Source of the DNA: Deltaproteobacteria bacterium
GTDB lineage: Bacteria > UBA10199 > 2-02-FULL-50-16 > JAJFLM01
DNA: 45,091 nucleotides
Reading direction: 5' to 3'
Assembly: GCA_021772655.1 (NCBI GenBank)
Contig: JAJFLM010000057.1
Location: forward strand, 1 to 45,091
The position numbers were made by a program, and so were the translations under genes. Shown here piece after piece: positions 28,771-36,502 of the stretch. The notes under the pieces were generated by a model. That model made no database searches and was not told the DNA's origin. It saw only the letters and a program-made list of their open reading frames with translations. Position 1 is the first letter of the stretch; each line of letters opens with the position of its first letter.

Positions 28771-29150
28771 ACACTCCTAGCTACAGGTTTAAAATATTTG
28801 TTTAAGTCAATCTTGCCTTTGAGAAACTCCGGGTATCGTGTCTCGTCATCTCTGAAATAAGCACTAAGCCCTTGGTAGTTTATCGAAGGCTTAGTATAAG
28901 AGTCCAAGTGGACTTCTTCAAGGGCTTTTATCGCTTCCTCAATAGGGCAATCTGGACTTTTGCGTGCCCATATCTCGCTTTTCAAGGAAACGGTCATCCC
29001 TTCCAACCGTACTTTATCCAGATTCTGCTCTTGAAAATACTTGAGAACAGATTCCTCCAAGCTTGCGATTTCCTTATTGATTTCTTTGACACGATCCTCT
29101 AGTTTTCGTTTTTCTTTCGTCAGGGCTACGAACTGTTGTATGGGCTTCAT
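28767..29150 (-). CDS. hypothetical coiled-coil protein
   Basis: 127-aa ORF with an N-terminal K/E-rich heptad-like region. ATGA overlap with the downstream gene. Confidence 0.45.
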   Translation of the reverse strand: MKPIQQFVALTKEKRKLEDRVKEINKEIASLEESVLKYFQEQNLDKVRLEGMTVSLKSEIWARKSPDCPIEEAIKALEEVHLDSYTKPSINYQGLSAYFRDDETRYPEFLKGKIDLNKYFKPVARSV

Positions 29151-29189
29151 TTGCCATCCTCAAAGTTAAAACACAATTGTAATTCATTA

Positions 29190-31757
29190 TTACGCCGATG
29201 TCAAGGTGTTTTTACTTTTCATAATAAAATCAATCACTTCCTTCCTTGCCATCAATGCGTTATAAACCTTCTCGTCTACTGTGTCCTTAGCTAAAAGGTG
29301 GATAAACGTGACTTTATTCTTCTGCCCAGGCCGATGCAACCGTGACCGGCTTTGCAGATAATCTCCCAAGCTATATCCAAGAGAAAAATAAACAGCAAGA
29401 GAAGAACGAGAAAGATCAATCCCAACGCCTCCAGACTGGATTTGTACGCATAGCAAATCAATATTCTCAGGCATTGTAGCCTCGTCCGTAAGGTCGTTCC
29501 TGGAGCCAGAAACTTCGCCCATACGTAATCCGGTTCTATCCGCAAGTTTCCTCACCTCCCTTAAGTCGTTTTTGAATCGGCAAAATACAACCACCGGCTT
29601 GGCGCAATCATCTAAAATATCATGCAAAGCATCAATCTTGCACGACGACACGAACACATCCTCACCGCTCTCAGTCCTGCCAAATCCAGATGTAATCTGC
29701 TGCAATCTTAATAATACCACCATTGCATTTGCAGCCGTCATCTCACCTTCTTCTAGGTCAACATAGAAATCTTTCTCCAGCTTCTTGTAGATCTTCATAC
29801 ACGCCGCGTCCAGTTCGACCGGGATCATCTCATCAACTTCTGGCGGCAGTTCAAGCGCCTCTTCCTTCTTTACCTGATACGCCAGCATATTGAACCGATC
29901 CGTGAACTCGTCCATATTCTGATAGGAGATCACCTGATAACCGCCATATCCACCCTTTACAGCATATCTGGACTCGAACTTGCCATAATACGATCCGAAG
30001 ATGCCAACATCGAGGGCACGAAACTGACCGAACAGATCCATAGGAGAATGGGGCATCGGGTAGCCAGACAGAGCTATCTTACGGGGAATGTCATATAGCT
30101 CAATACCAATGAATCGACTGGCCGACCCTTTGCCCCTACTACCCTTAATTCGCTGTGACTCGTCAAGGATTAACAAATCCCATTGACTCTTGAGCAGGGC
30201 TGTCTTGAGAGGCTCGCGCCAACAGGAATCGTAATTGAGTACAGCAACCAAAGGCTCTCCCTTAGTCTGTGAAATGTCCAACTGTTGTTCTAACTGCCTA
30301 GCACGTTTGGCAATACTGCCTTTCGCCAATGGCACAACATTCCATTCCAGATTGGAATGAATACGGAATTGTTTAGGCCATACGTTTACGACTGATTTCG
30401 GGCAGATGATCAGTGTGCGCTTGGCTTGGGTTTCGCCGGCAACGGCAACGGCGCAGAGGGATTTACCAGTATTCCCTGAAATGAAAATACAGTTATTCCT
30501 TCTTAATACAAGAAAGCCATCAGGCACTGAGAAACAATATTTCCATCCATCTTCATTCGGGACAATAGAAATATTGTTATGAGAGTTCTTGCCGCCGATC
30601 CCAATTGCTTTATGGCGACTGTTTTTCCTAACATTAACAATGTATTCAGTTTTATGACTTCTTTTACTTCTTACAGTGATTGATGCTGGATACCCAATCC
30701 CTGAAAAACAATATTGGATAAAATCCGCCGATTCTTTTTCTGAAGAATAAAAGTAATTTGGTAAATTGTCGCTACGCCTTTGCCCATCCCAATTCAAACA
30801 TTCATCCGCAATAATTCTCATTTGCTCAAAAGAACATTTCCAAAATTGTTTGAATGATTTTGTTAAAATTGGAGGTCTAAAATAAAAACATTTACAACTA
30901 CCAGCATCTTTATGAATTTTGAAATCTATGTGACATTTTTTTAATAAAAATTCAATTCTTCGTTTTTTCCTTTCTTTTGAAACGCTGATTTTACCTTTCT
31001 CGGCAGAGCTTTTGACAATGCTACCATCTGCAATAAAAGCAACCATTAACCTGATTTCATATTCAGATAAATCAATCCCGCCCCCTAGATTTGAAATAAA
31101 TGTAGTAGGGATTTTCAGCTTTGTACCGTATTTTAAACGTTTATTATCGTTATAAAAATCAATTGCCTTAAGCCTTTTAAGACTTCCCTTTGTGTCTACA
31201 ACCAACATGGTATGTTCTTCGCTTATCATTTGATCTACACCAAATCTTGTTTTGATATGGATCATTTGCTCGCTTGGCTTTTTAATATAATCAGTTGGCT
31301 GAGTAAAATTAGAACTCTGAGAATGGATATTATATTGCGCTACCAGACCACCATCATATCGGTCTATTCTGCGCCATCCATCAGGGGATAAATACTCTGT
31401 ATCTCCTGAAAGTGGCCCCATTTCCATTGCCAACATAGAGGCTTTATGCTTTAAAGCCCATAAAATCCCTATTTCCTGATGTCTCCATGGAGTTGTTTTG
31501 AGACACCATTCGTCGCCACACCTGAGTGCGTCAAGACTCACATCGTTCTTGCTGTTAATCCAGATAAAGTTTTCGTTGGTCTGGAGTTTATCCCCAAGCG
31601 CCTGCTCTATCAGCTTTGCCGTGTGCGGACTCGCCGGGACCACATACTGCTTGCCAATCATGTCCCAACGCTTGGACAGAATCGGTTCCATCTCTTTCTT
31701 AATCACACGATCTGGCTTGATTAAGAAGTGCCCGTTATGGGTATTTATTTTGATCAT
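29190..31757 (-). CDS. SNF2-family ATPase/helicase interrupted by an intein
   Basis: WRHQEIG (Q motif), LAMEMG...TGKS (split motif I), LIICPKSVVNVWPKQF, LILDESQRIKG (DExx), and C-terminal VQIQSGGVGIDL and SRLHRPGQ (motif VI). Confidence 0.85.
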   Translation of the reverse strand: MIKINTHNGHFLIKPDRVIKKEMEPILSKRWDMIGKQYVVPASPHTAKLIEQALGDKLQTNENFIWINSKNDVSLDALRCGDEWCLKTTPWRHQEIGILWALKHKASMLAMEMGPLSGDTEYLSPDGWRRIDRYDGGLVAQYNIHSQSSNFTQPTDYIKKPSEQMIHIKTRFGVDQMISEEHTMLVVDTKGSLKRLKAIDFYNDNKRLKYGTKLKIPTTFISNLGGGIDLSEYEIRLMVAFIADGSIVKSSAEKGKISVSKERKKRRIEFLLKKCHIDFKIHKDAGSCKCFYFRPPILTKSFKQFWKCSFEQMRIIADECLNWDGQRRSDNLPNYFYSSEKESADFIQYCFSGIGYPASITVRSKRSHKTEYIVNVRKNSRHKAIGIGGKNSHNNISIVPNEDGWKYCFSVPDGFLVLRRNNCIFISGNTGKSLCAVAVAGETQAKRTLIICPKSVVNVWPKQFRIHSNLEWNVVPLAKGSIAKRARQLEQQLDISQTKGEPLVAVLNYDSCWREPLKTALLKSQWDLLILDESQRIKGSRGKGSASRFIGIELYDIPRKIALSGYPMPHSPMDLFGQFRALDVGIFGSYYGKFESRYAVKGGYGGYQVISYQNMDEFTDRFNMLAYQVKKEEALELPPEVDEMIPVELDAACMKIYKKLEKDFYVDLEEGEMTAANAMVVLLRLQQITSGFGRTESGEDVFVSSCKIDALHDILDDCAKPVVVFCRFKNDLREVRKLADRTGLRMGEVSGSRNDLTDEATMPENIDLLCVQIQSGGVGIDLSRSSLAVYFSLGYSLGDYLQSRSRLHRPGQKNKVTFIHLLAKDTVDEKVYNALMARKEVIDFIMKSKNTLTSA
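30471..31415 (-). mobile_element. intein (315 codons) with LAGLIDADG-type homing endonuclease domain
   Basis: The insert PLSGDTEYLSPDGW ... SEEH ... LMVAFIADGS ... KYCFSVPDGFLVLRRNNCIFISGN is followed by T. Removing it restores the SNF2 motif LAMEMG-TGKS. It is AT-rich relative to the flanks. Confidence 0.7.
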
Positions 31758-31761
31758 AAAC

Positions 31762-33276
31762 TTATATTTCAGTTAAAACACCACCTACAAAAACGTAAGT
31801 CGCTTTTGTTCTTGCCGGCGGCGGCTCGGAAGGCGGCTCAAAATCATCGGCAACCTTAGCCTCGATAATATTCTGCCAATTGCCGTCGAGATTTGCTAAC
31901 CATGTCAGAAAATCGGCGTGATCCATGTTCGGGTCTTTCTCAATCGTGAATGTGAGTTTCGGTTCCATTACTGGATCTCCTGGTTCGGGTTGTGGTTCCG
32001 GTTGCGGCTCTTTGCCTACTACCAGTTCCGGATCGTAAAAAACATTTACAGGTTCGTTCATCACAAGGCTTGAATGTTGCTCAATGGCTTCCTCAATGCG
32101 GAGTTTACCGTTAGACAAAACATCCCAAGGGTTGTCGGGAATTGAGAAAACTGGCTCTAATGCTTCAGGGGATAAATCCGGCCAGTCCACTTGATGCGAT
32201 AAGGAACCTGTATTATCTTCCACATTGCCCACCACCACCTCATCTGCATCATTTTCATAAAGTCGTTTCACACCTGCATTATTCAATACATGGTCGTAAA
32301 CGTCGAGGGCGATTACAGGATTAAATCCAGGCACCCAAATTGGCGGTACATCTGACCGAACGCGGGGGATCAAAGTGACTTTTGATTCACCATAAGTGCC
32401 GACTAACTCAGAGTTCCATTGGTCGGCAGGGTTTTCATACTCCAAGCCTCTAATCATGTCGTTGCCCTGCAAATACACCTGCGAATCTGATTTCATACTC
32501 CTGTGCATCCAGATAGGTGTCCAATCCCCCGGCGCACCAACACGCGGACCTTTCTTGTAAACGTTGTTCACGATAGAAAGGATATGAGGGCCGTTGCTAT
32601 AACCTGTATTTAGCATCAACTCCGTGTTGCCGCCGCCAGCATCTGGGAAGTTCGCCCCTGACCCGCCTACGTTGTAAATCAAGTTATTGGCAAGCACTAC
32701 TTCACTGATGCCGTGAATGAACGGTGCGCGTTGGTGGATATTGGCCAGCAGGTTGCCGATCACCGAAAGGTTCTCTACGTGATGACCTATAATCAGGCCA
32801 TGACGCGCCCCAACTGGTTCTGTGATGATGCTGTTCAGGATCGACGCATTGCGGAAATACTTCCAAGCCGAGATATTCTCCCCCGGCCCGTAACGAAAAG
32901 AGCAATGGTTGAAAACCACGTTTTCAATATACTTGCTGGAACTCCCCTGAATTGTCATGGCATCAATATTGGCGGTTCCACCTGGGGCCATATTCAAATG
33001 CTCAACCAACTGGTTGCTGGTATAAGCCGAGAACTGACTTCGACGTACACCTACTTGCCCGGGGGAAGTTTGCCCGGCAATCCATTTCGGTGATGGGCCA
33101 GTCGTTAGACCGCCGTCAAACCACCCGAATGTTTTAAACACGACCATTCCCGGCCTTTCATCCGCCATTATTCCCGGCAACTCTGACAAGTTATTGATGA
33201 TGAATACCTGCTTGTTTGGCGCGTTCCGCCACGCCTCGGTGAAACCTTTGACTCCGAATCCTTTTTGATTAATCAT
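31762..33276 (-). CDS. pectate-lyase-fold (right-handed beta-helix) polysaccharide lyase/depolymerase-like protein
   Basis: 504 aa. Repetitive N/G/I/V beta-helix-type turns (NHCSFRYGPGENIS, ILNSIITEP, VIGNLLANIHQRAPFIHG, LANNLIYNVGG). A PEPQPEPQPEP linker precedes the C-terminal domain. Confidence 0.6.
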   Translation of the reverse strand: MINQKGFGVKGFTEAWRNAPNKQVFIINNLSELPGIMADERPGMVVFKTFGWFDGGLTTGPSPKWIAGQTSPGQVGVRRSQFSAYTSNQLVEHLNMAPGGTANIDAMTIQGSSSKYIENVVFNHCSFRYGPGENISAWKYFRNASILNSIITEPVGARHGLIIGHHVENLSVIGNLLANIHQRAPFIHGISEVVLANNLIYNVGGSGANFPDAGGGNTELMLNTGYSNGPHILSIVNNVYKKGPRVGAPGDWTPIWMHRSMKSDSQVYLQGNDMIRGLEYENPADQWNSELVGTYGESKVTLIPRVRSDVPPIWVPGFNPVIALDVYDHVLNNAGVKRLYENDADEVVVGNVEDNTGSLSHQVDWPDLSPEALEPVFSIPDNPWDVLSNGKLRIEEAIEQHSSLVMNEPVNVFYDPELVVGKEPQPEPQPEPGDPVMEPKLTFTIEKDPNMDHADFLTWLANLDGNWQNIIEAKVADDFEPPSEPPPARTKATYVFVGGVLTEI

Positions 33277-33558
33277 CTATTTCTCCTTTTGTTTTTTGCC
33301 TTCTGCGATCATGGCATCTGCAATTTCATAGCAACGGTTAACCAAAATTTTGTATCCATCTTTACTGGTATAGTAACCAACTTCATCATTCTGGGTTCCC
33401 AACTCTGCATTCATAACCTCCTTCGCCAACTCATGCCGCCATTGCTCCTCGGTCATGTCGTGAGGATACGGGGCATCCCTAAACGTAACCGTTGTTTCAT
33501 GGTATTCGTCTTTGTTAAAGTACATCGTTTTTCTCCTTCCAGTGGATGCAACCATCAT
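33277..33558 (-). CDS. hypothetical protein
   Basis: 93-aa ORF. Its stop abuts the next ATG (TAGATG). Confidence 0.45.
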   Translation of the reverse strand: MMVASTGRRKTMYFNKDEYHETTVTFRDAPYPHDMTEEQWRHELAKEVMNAELGTQNDEVGYYTSKDGYKILVNRCYEIADAMIAEGKKQKEK

Positions 33559-33958
33559 TAGGCGGTGGGCATTTATTTTCCATTAATGATTTTGGATTTT
33601 CGCAGACATTATAAGGATTCAATGACTTTCCTTGCTTAGTGATATAAAACTGACAATCCCCGCAAGTTCCGATGAGGGTTTTTGTTTTAATATCTGATAA
33701 TATTTTTGAATATTTTTCTGTTAAGCATTTCTGGCAAATATCTTCTATAACTGCTTTATCCTTAGAGGGGCATTTGCACTGTTCAGTAATATTCTGGCAA
33801 TAGATACACTTTTTCATATAATGAGTCATCACTCCTCCTCCAATAGTTCGCTCCGAATTTTCGGGACATCTGTGCCGTCCGTAGTCGTCTTTACCGCAAT
33901 GTCTACAGGTTATCGGTGTCATAACTCCCATCCCTCCATCTTTAAGAACTCTTTGCAT
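33515..33958 (-). CDS. Cys-rich (multi zinc-ribbon-like) protein
   Basis: 147 aa with many CxxC pairs (CRHCG, CIYCQ, CQKC, CGDCQ). Confidence 0.45.
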   Translation of the reverse strand: MQRVLKDGGMGVMTPITCRHCGKDDYGRHRCPENSERTIGGGVMTHYMKKCIYCQNITEQCKCPSKDKAVIEDICQKCLTEKYSKILSDIKTKTLIGTCGDCQFYITKQGKSLNPYNVCENPKSLMENKCPPPNDGCIHWKEKNDVL

Positions 33959-34386
33959 AGGTAGGTGGCGGGGGTTTTAAATTCCATCGATAGGCCAATC
34001 AAATGGCGCATTTGATTTAACCGACATTCAATTATTTTGTTCTTTAAATTCCGTGTTATAAATCGTTCTCTGAATGATGGCACCACCCACTTAAAACAAG
34101 CATTCAAGTCCTCGGCTACGTTGGGAGTACGCGCTGGCGCATTGCTTGCTGGGTCAGCACCTGGAATTAGCCAGCGGCCACTTATTGGGTTTAGTTTCCA
34201 CCCCAACGCCTCAAAAACAGCCGCGTTCAATTCTTCTGGTGTGGTGGGGATTTTATATTTTATACTGTCATATTCTTCCCACCTTTTCATATACGCCAGT
34301 TCGCTCTTTGATTTATTTTTCATATAGTCACGTCCATTCTGTTTCCTGCGCCACAATGCGGGCATGTCATGGTTGGCATTGGGCAT
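33919..34386 (-). CDS. hypothetical protein
   Basis: 155-aa ORF. The central segment VFEALGWKL...PNVAEDLNACFKWVVP weakly resembles the phage ABA-sandwich family. Unverified. Confidence 0.4.
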   Translation of the reverse strand: MPNANHDMPALWRRKQNGRDYMKNKSKSELAYMKRWEEYDSIKYKIPTTPEELNAAVFEALGWKLNPISGRWLIPGADPASNAPARTPNVAEDLNACFKWVVPSFRERFITRNLKNKIIECRLNQMRHLIGLSMEFKTPATYLCKEFLKMEGWEL

Positions 34387-34532
34387 ATTGGGATACGGTC
34401 TTTAAATGTTAGACGACAATTGCCGCAGACGACGGTAAAATTTGGCCCCTTACCAAAAAGCATCATGGGGCTGAAACTCCATCCGTGATAACTGTCTGGG
34501 GTAACAATTGTGGGTTGTGATTTAGGTTTCAT
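34320..34532 (-). CDS. zinc-ribbon small protein
   Basis: 70 aa with CGNC ... CPHCG. Confidence 0.4.
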   Translation of the reverse strand: MKPKSQPTIVTPDSYHGWSFSPMMLFGKGPNFTVVCGNCRLTFKDRIPICPMPTMTCPHCGAGNRMDVTI

Positions 34533-34666
34533 AGCATTTCCCTCTGCGTTTTATTACACAGTGCACATTTGCGGTCGATGTAGAGTATCCAACTTTCTTC
34601 ACGCACTTTGAAAGGCTCACTCCACGCTGACCACTTATGAAAGAAGAACAAACATCTAATTTTCAT
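34529..34666 (-). CDS. small Cys-containing protein (45 aa, below the ORF-track cutoff)
   Basis: SD GGAGGTGGTGA before the ATG at 34666. ATGA overlap with the next gene. Read by hand. Confidence 0.35.
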   Translation of the reverse strand: MKIRCLFFFHKWSAWSEPFKVREESWILYIDRKCALCNKTQREML

Positions 34667-34863
34667 TCACCACCTCCAGGCAAGCACGTTGAATACTATC
34701 GAATTCCGCGAATACCTCATACATTCGATTCTTCTCCCCGTAACATAGCTTTATCGAGTCACCATCAATGATAACTGCCTGATGAATTTGTTTTAATTTA
34801 CGAATCAAAGCCCTCTCACCCTCTGCGGAGTTGAGCCATTCTCCATTCGTTTCTTTAATGTTA

Positions 34864-35202
34864 TTAGCTTTGGTTCCTTTTCCTCAACATTTCTTCAGCA
34901 TAGAATCCAGGCTTTGGTGGATGATATGGAAAATCAGCATCGCCTTCAATAGCCACACGAATTGCCATGCAAATAACCTGTATCGCTTCTTTGTATATTT
35001 CCTTGTTTCTTTTAGCATCCTTGTCGTGGTATTGATTAAGCATTTCCTGCCAAAGTTCACCAACTTCCTCATTTAGGGCATGGACCATCATTTTATTTGC
35101 GGGAAATTTTTCCCTGGCGTTCAACAACTCCATTTGAACATCATCCAGTAAATCAGCTAATTGTGGAATTCTTAAAGTTACTACATTCACATCAACCTCC
35201 AT
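34864..35202 (-). CDS. MazG-like nucleotide pyrophosphohydrolase
   Basis: All-alpha NTP-PPase signature ALNEEVGELWQEM and a later EAIQVICMAIRVAIEG. An in-frame GTG at 35190, 5 nt after GGAGG, is an alternative start. Confidence 0.6.
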   Translation of the reverse strand: MEVDVNVVTLRIPQLADLLDDVQMELLNAREKFPANKMMVHALNEEVGELWQEMLNQYHDKDAKRNKEIYKEAIQVICMAIRVAIEGDADFPYHPPKPGFYAEEMLRKRNQS

Positions 35203-35317
35203 TCGTTAAGGCATTGAGTAAAATGTCATACCAAAATAAATACAGGCCTGTAATTAGCCCAATTAAACTACAAAGCATCGGCACAACCCAATTCACCAAT
35301 TTATTGGTTAATTGCAT
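35192..35317 (-). CDS. small membrane peptide (41 aa)
   Basis: SD GGAGGTTTGC before the ATG at 35317. Hydrophobic core VVPMLCSLIGLITGLYLFW. Read by hand. Confidence 0.35.
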   Translation of the reverse strand: MQLTNKLVNWVVPMLCSLIGLITGLYLFWYDILLNALTNGG

Positions 35318-35469
35318 GCAAACCTCCATTCGTTAAAGGGGTGCGGTGGGATTTACCGACGTTACCCACAAGCTTAAATTAGAATCGGTACGCTATAACA
35401 CACCCCATCAATTCAAAGAACGCCGCCCCTCCACTATTTAGGAGTACCAAAGGGGCGCGCTGTGGCTAG

Positions 35470-35733
35470 TCATCCACGGCTGGCGTTCGGTTCAGTCAAC
35501 TTCCTAACCGTAAGTTCATTAACAAGGTGCGTGTATAACTCAATGCCTTCTTCATCTTTTCGCCTGAGCATTTTGATTGTGTTTATTAAATGCGAATCCT
35601 CCATATCTTTTATACGAACCAGATCACCTCCCCGCGTTTCCCACATAGGCTCATCAGGGGGATCAAAGCAATCAAACTCTTCATTATACGCATTTAACAC
35701 TCTGTCAGTCAGGTCGTCTGCCATATCACCCAT
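35470..35733 (-). CDS. hypothetical protein
   Basis: 87-aa ORF with SD AAAGGAGAGAGTT before the ATG. Confidence 0.45.
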   Translation of the reverse strand: MGDMADDLTDRVLNAYNEEFDCFDPPDEPMWETRGGDLVRIKDMEDSHLINTIKMLRRKDEEGIELYTHLVNELTVRKLTEPNASRG

Positions 35734-35854
35734 AACTCTCTCCTTTCATATCTCATTCAGCCAGAAAATCACCCTGGCCAGCACGAAAACGATTGCAATT
35801 GCTATTAAGTGGTGTTCGGTCACGGTTTCTCCTTTACAACTGGCGTTCGGTTTA

Positions 35855-36184
35855 TTAAAAAGGCCCGTACTCAATTCTTAAATTTTCAGGCAACATAGCT
35901 TTTTGCACTCTTTCATCGATAGAAACAAAATCTACAGCTTCTTGTGCAATTTTCATCTTTAGCCACTTCTGGAATGTCTCTGAATTAACCAACCGAGAAA
36001 AAGCCTTCTTGATATTCTGGTCTCTACTTTTCCCATCCTGTCCCGTTGAACTTGCACCAGATTCAGGATGTCTCATACGGACGCAATTTTGATGCTTATT
36101 TCTGTGTTGGCCCCCAGCACCAGAACCTGAAAAGAAGGAGATATCGAAATCTTTTTTTGTTATCGAGAACATTAATTCTCCCAT
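35855..36184 (-). CDS. class I release factor GGQ-domain protein (ArfB / peptidyl-tRNA hydrolase-like)
   Basis: FSGSGAGGQHRNKHQNCVRMRHPESG ... GKSRDQNIKKAFSRL matches the RF-1/ArfB GGQ catalytic domain. SD AAGGGAGAG before the ATG. Only 109 aa. Confidence 0.8.
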   Translation of the reverse strand: MGELMFSITKKDFDISFFSGSGAGGQHRNKHQNCVRMRHPESGASSTGQDGKSRDQNIKKAFSRLVNSETFQKWLKMKIAQEAVDFVSIDERVQKAMLPENLRIEYGPF

Positions 36185-36404
36185 CCCACTCTCCCTTCAA
36201 TTTAGTTAGGCTCCCTGCCTTTTTCGAGAACCACTGACTCGCAGAGATTTTTACAAGTGGTAAGACAGGGAACCCGTTCCCAGCACGTGGTTGGTACGCT
36301 CCCTGTCGGGGATTCCACCCGCATTTTGCAAGGTCAACCACACCGAAACCTCCTGCTCCCGGTAGCAACTCCGGGTCGATGGATAGCGGTTTGCCGGGAT
36401 TCAT
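36096..36404 (-). CDS. hypothetical G/P-rich ORF overlapping the GGQ gene start
   Basis: 102-aa ORF filling the 36185..36502 gap. It overlaps the GGQ gene by 89 nt. Its composition is not clearly protein-like. Confidence 0.25.
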   Translation of the reverse strand: MNPGKPLSIDPELLPGAGGFGVVDLAKCGWNPRQGAYQPRAGNGFPVLPLVKISASQWFSKKAGSLTKLKGEWDGRINVLDNKKRFRYLLLFRFWCWGPTQK

Positions 36405-36502
36405 TTCTCACTCAATTTAATCCTGCACATGCTTTCTTCAGTTTGAATCCCTTCAACCTTAAGTCCTCTTCAGGTTCGCACCCACACTGTGGGCATGGTT
36501 AA

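Noticed and set aside
29291-31776. Short ORFs on either strand within the SNF2/intein gene (29291..29545, 29572..29766, 31479..31724, 31498..31776)
   Set aside because: They are nested in or antisense to a gene with complete SNF2 motifs, and none has translation signals.
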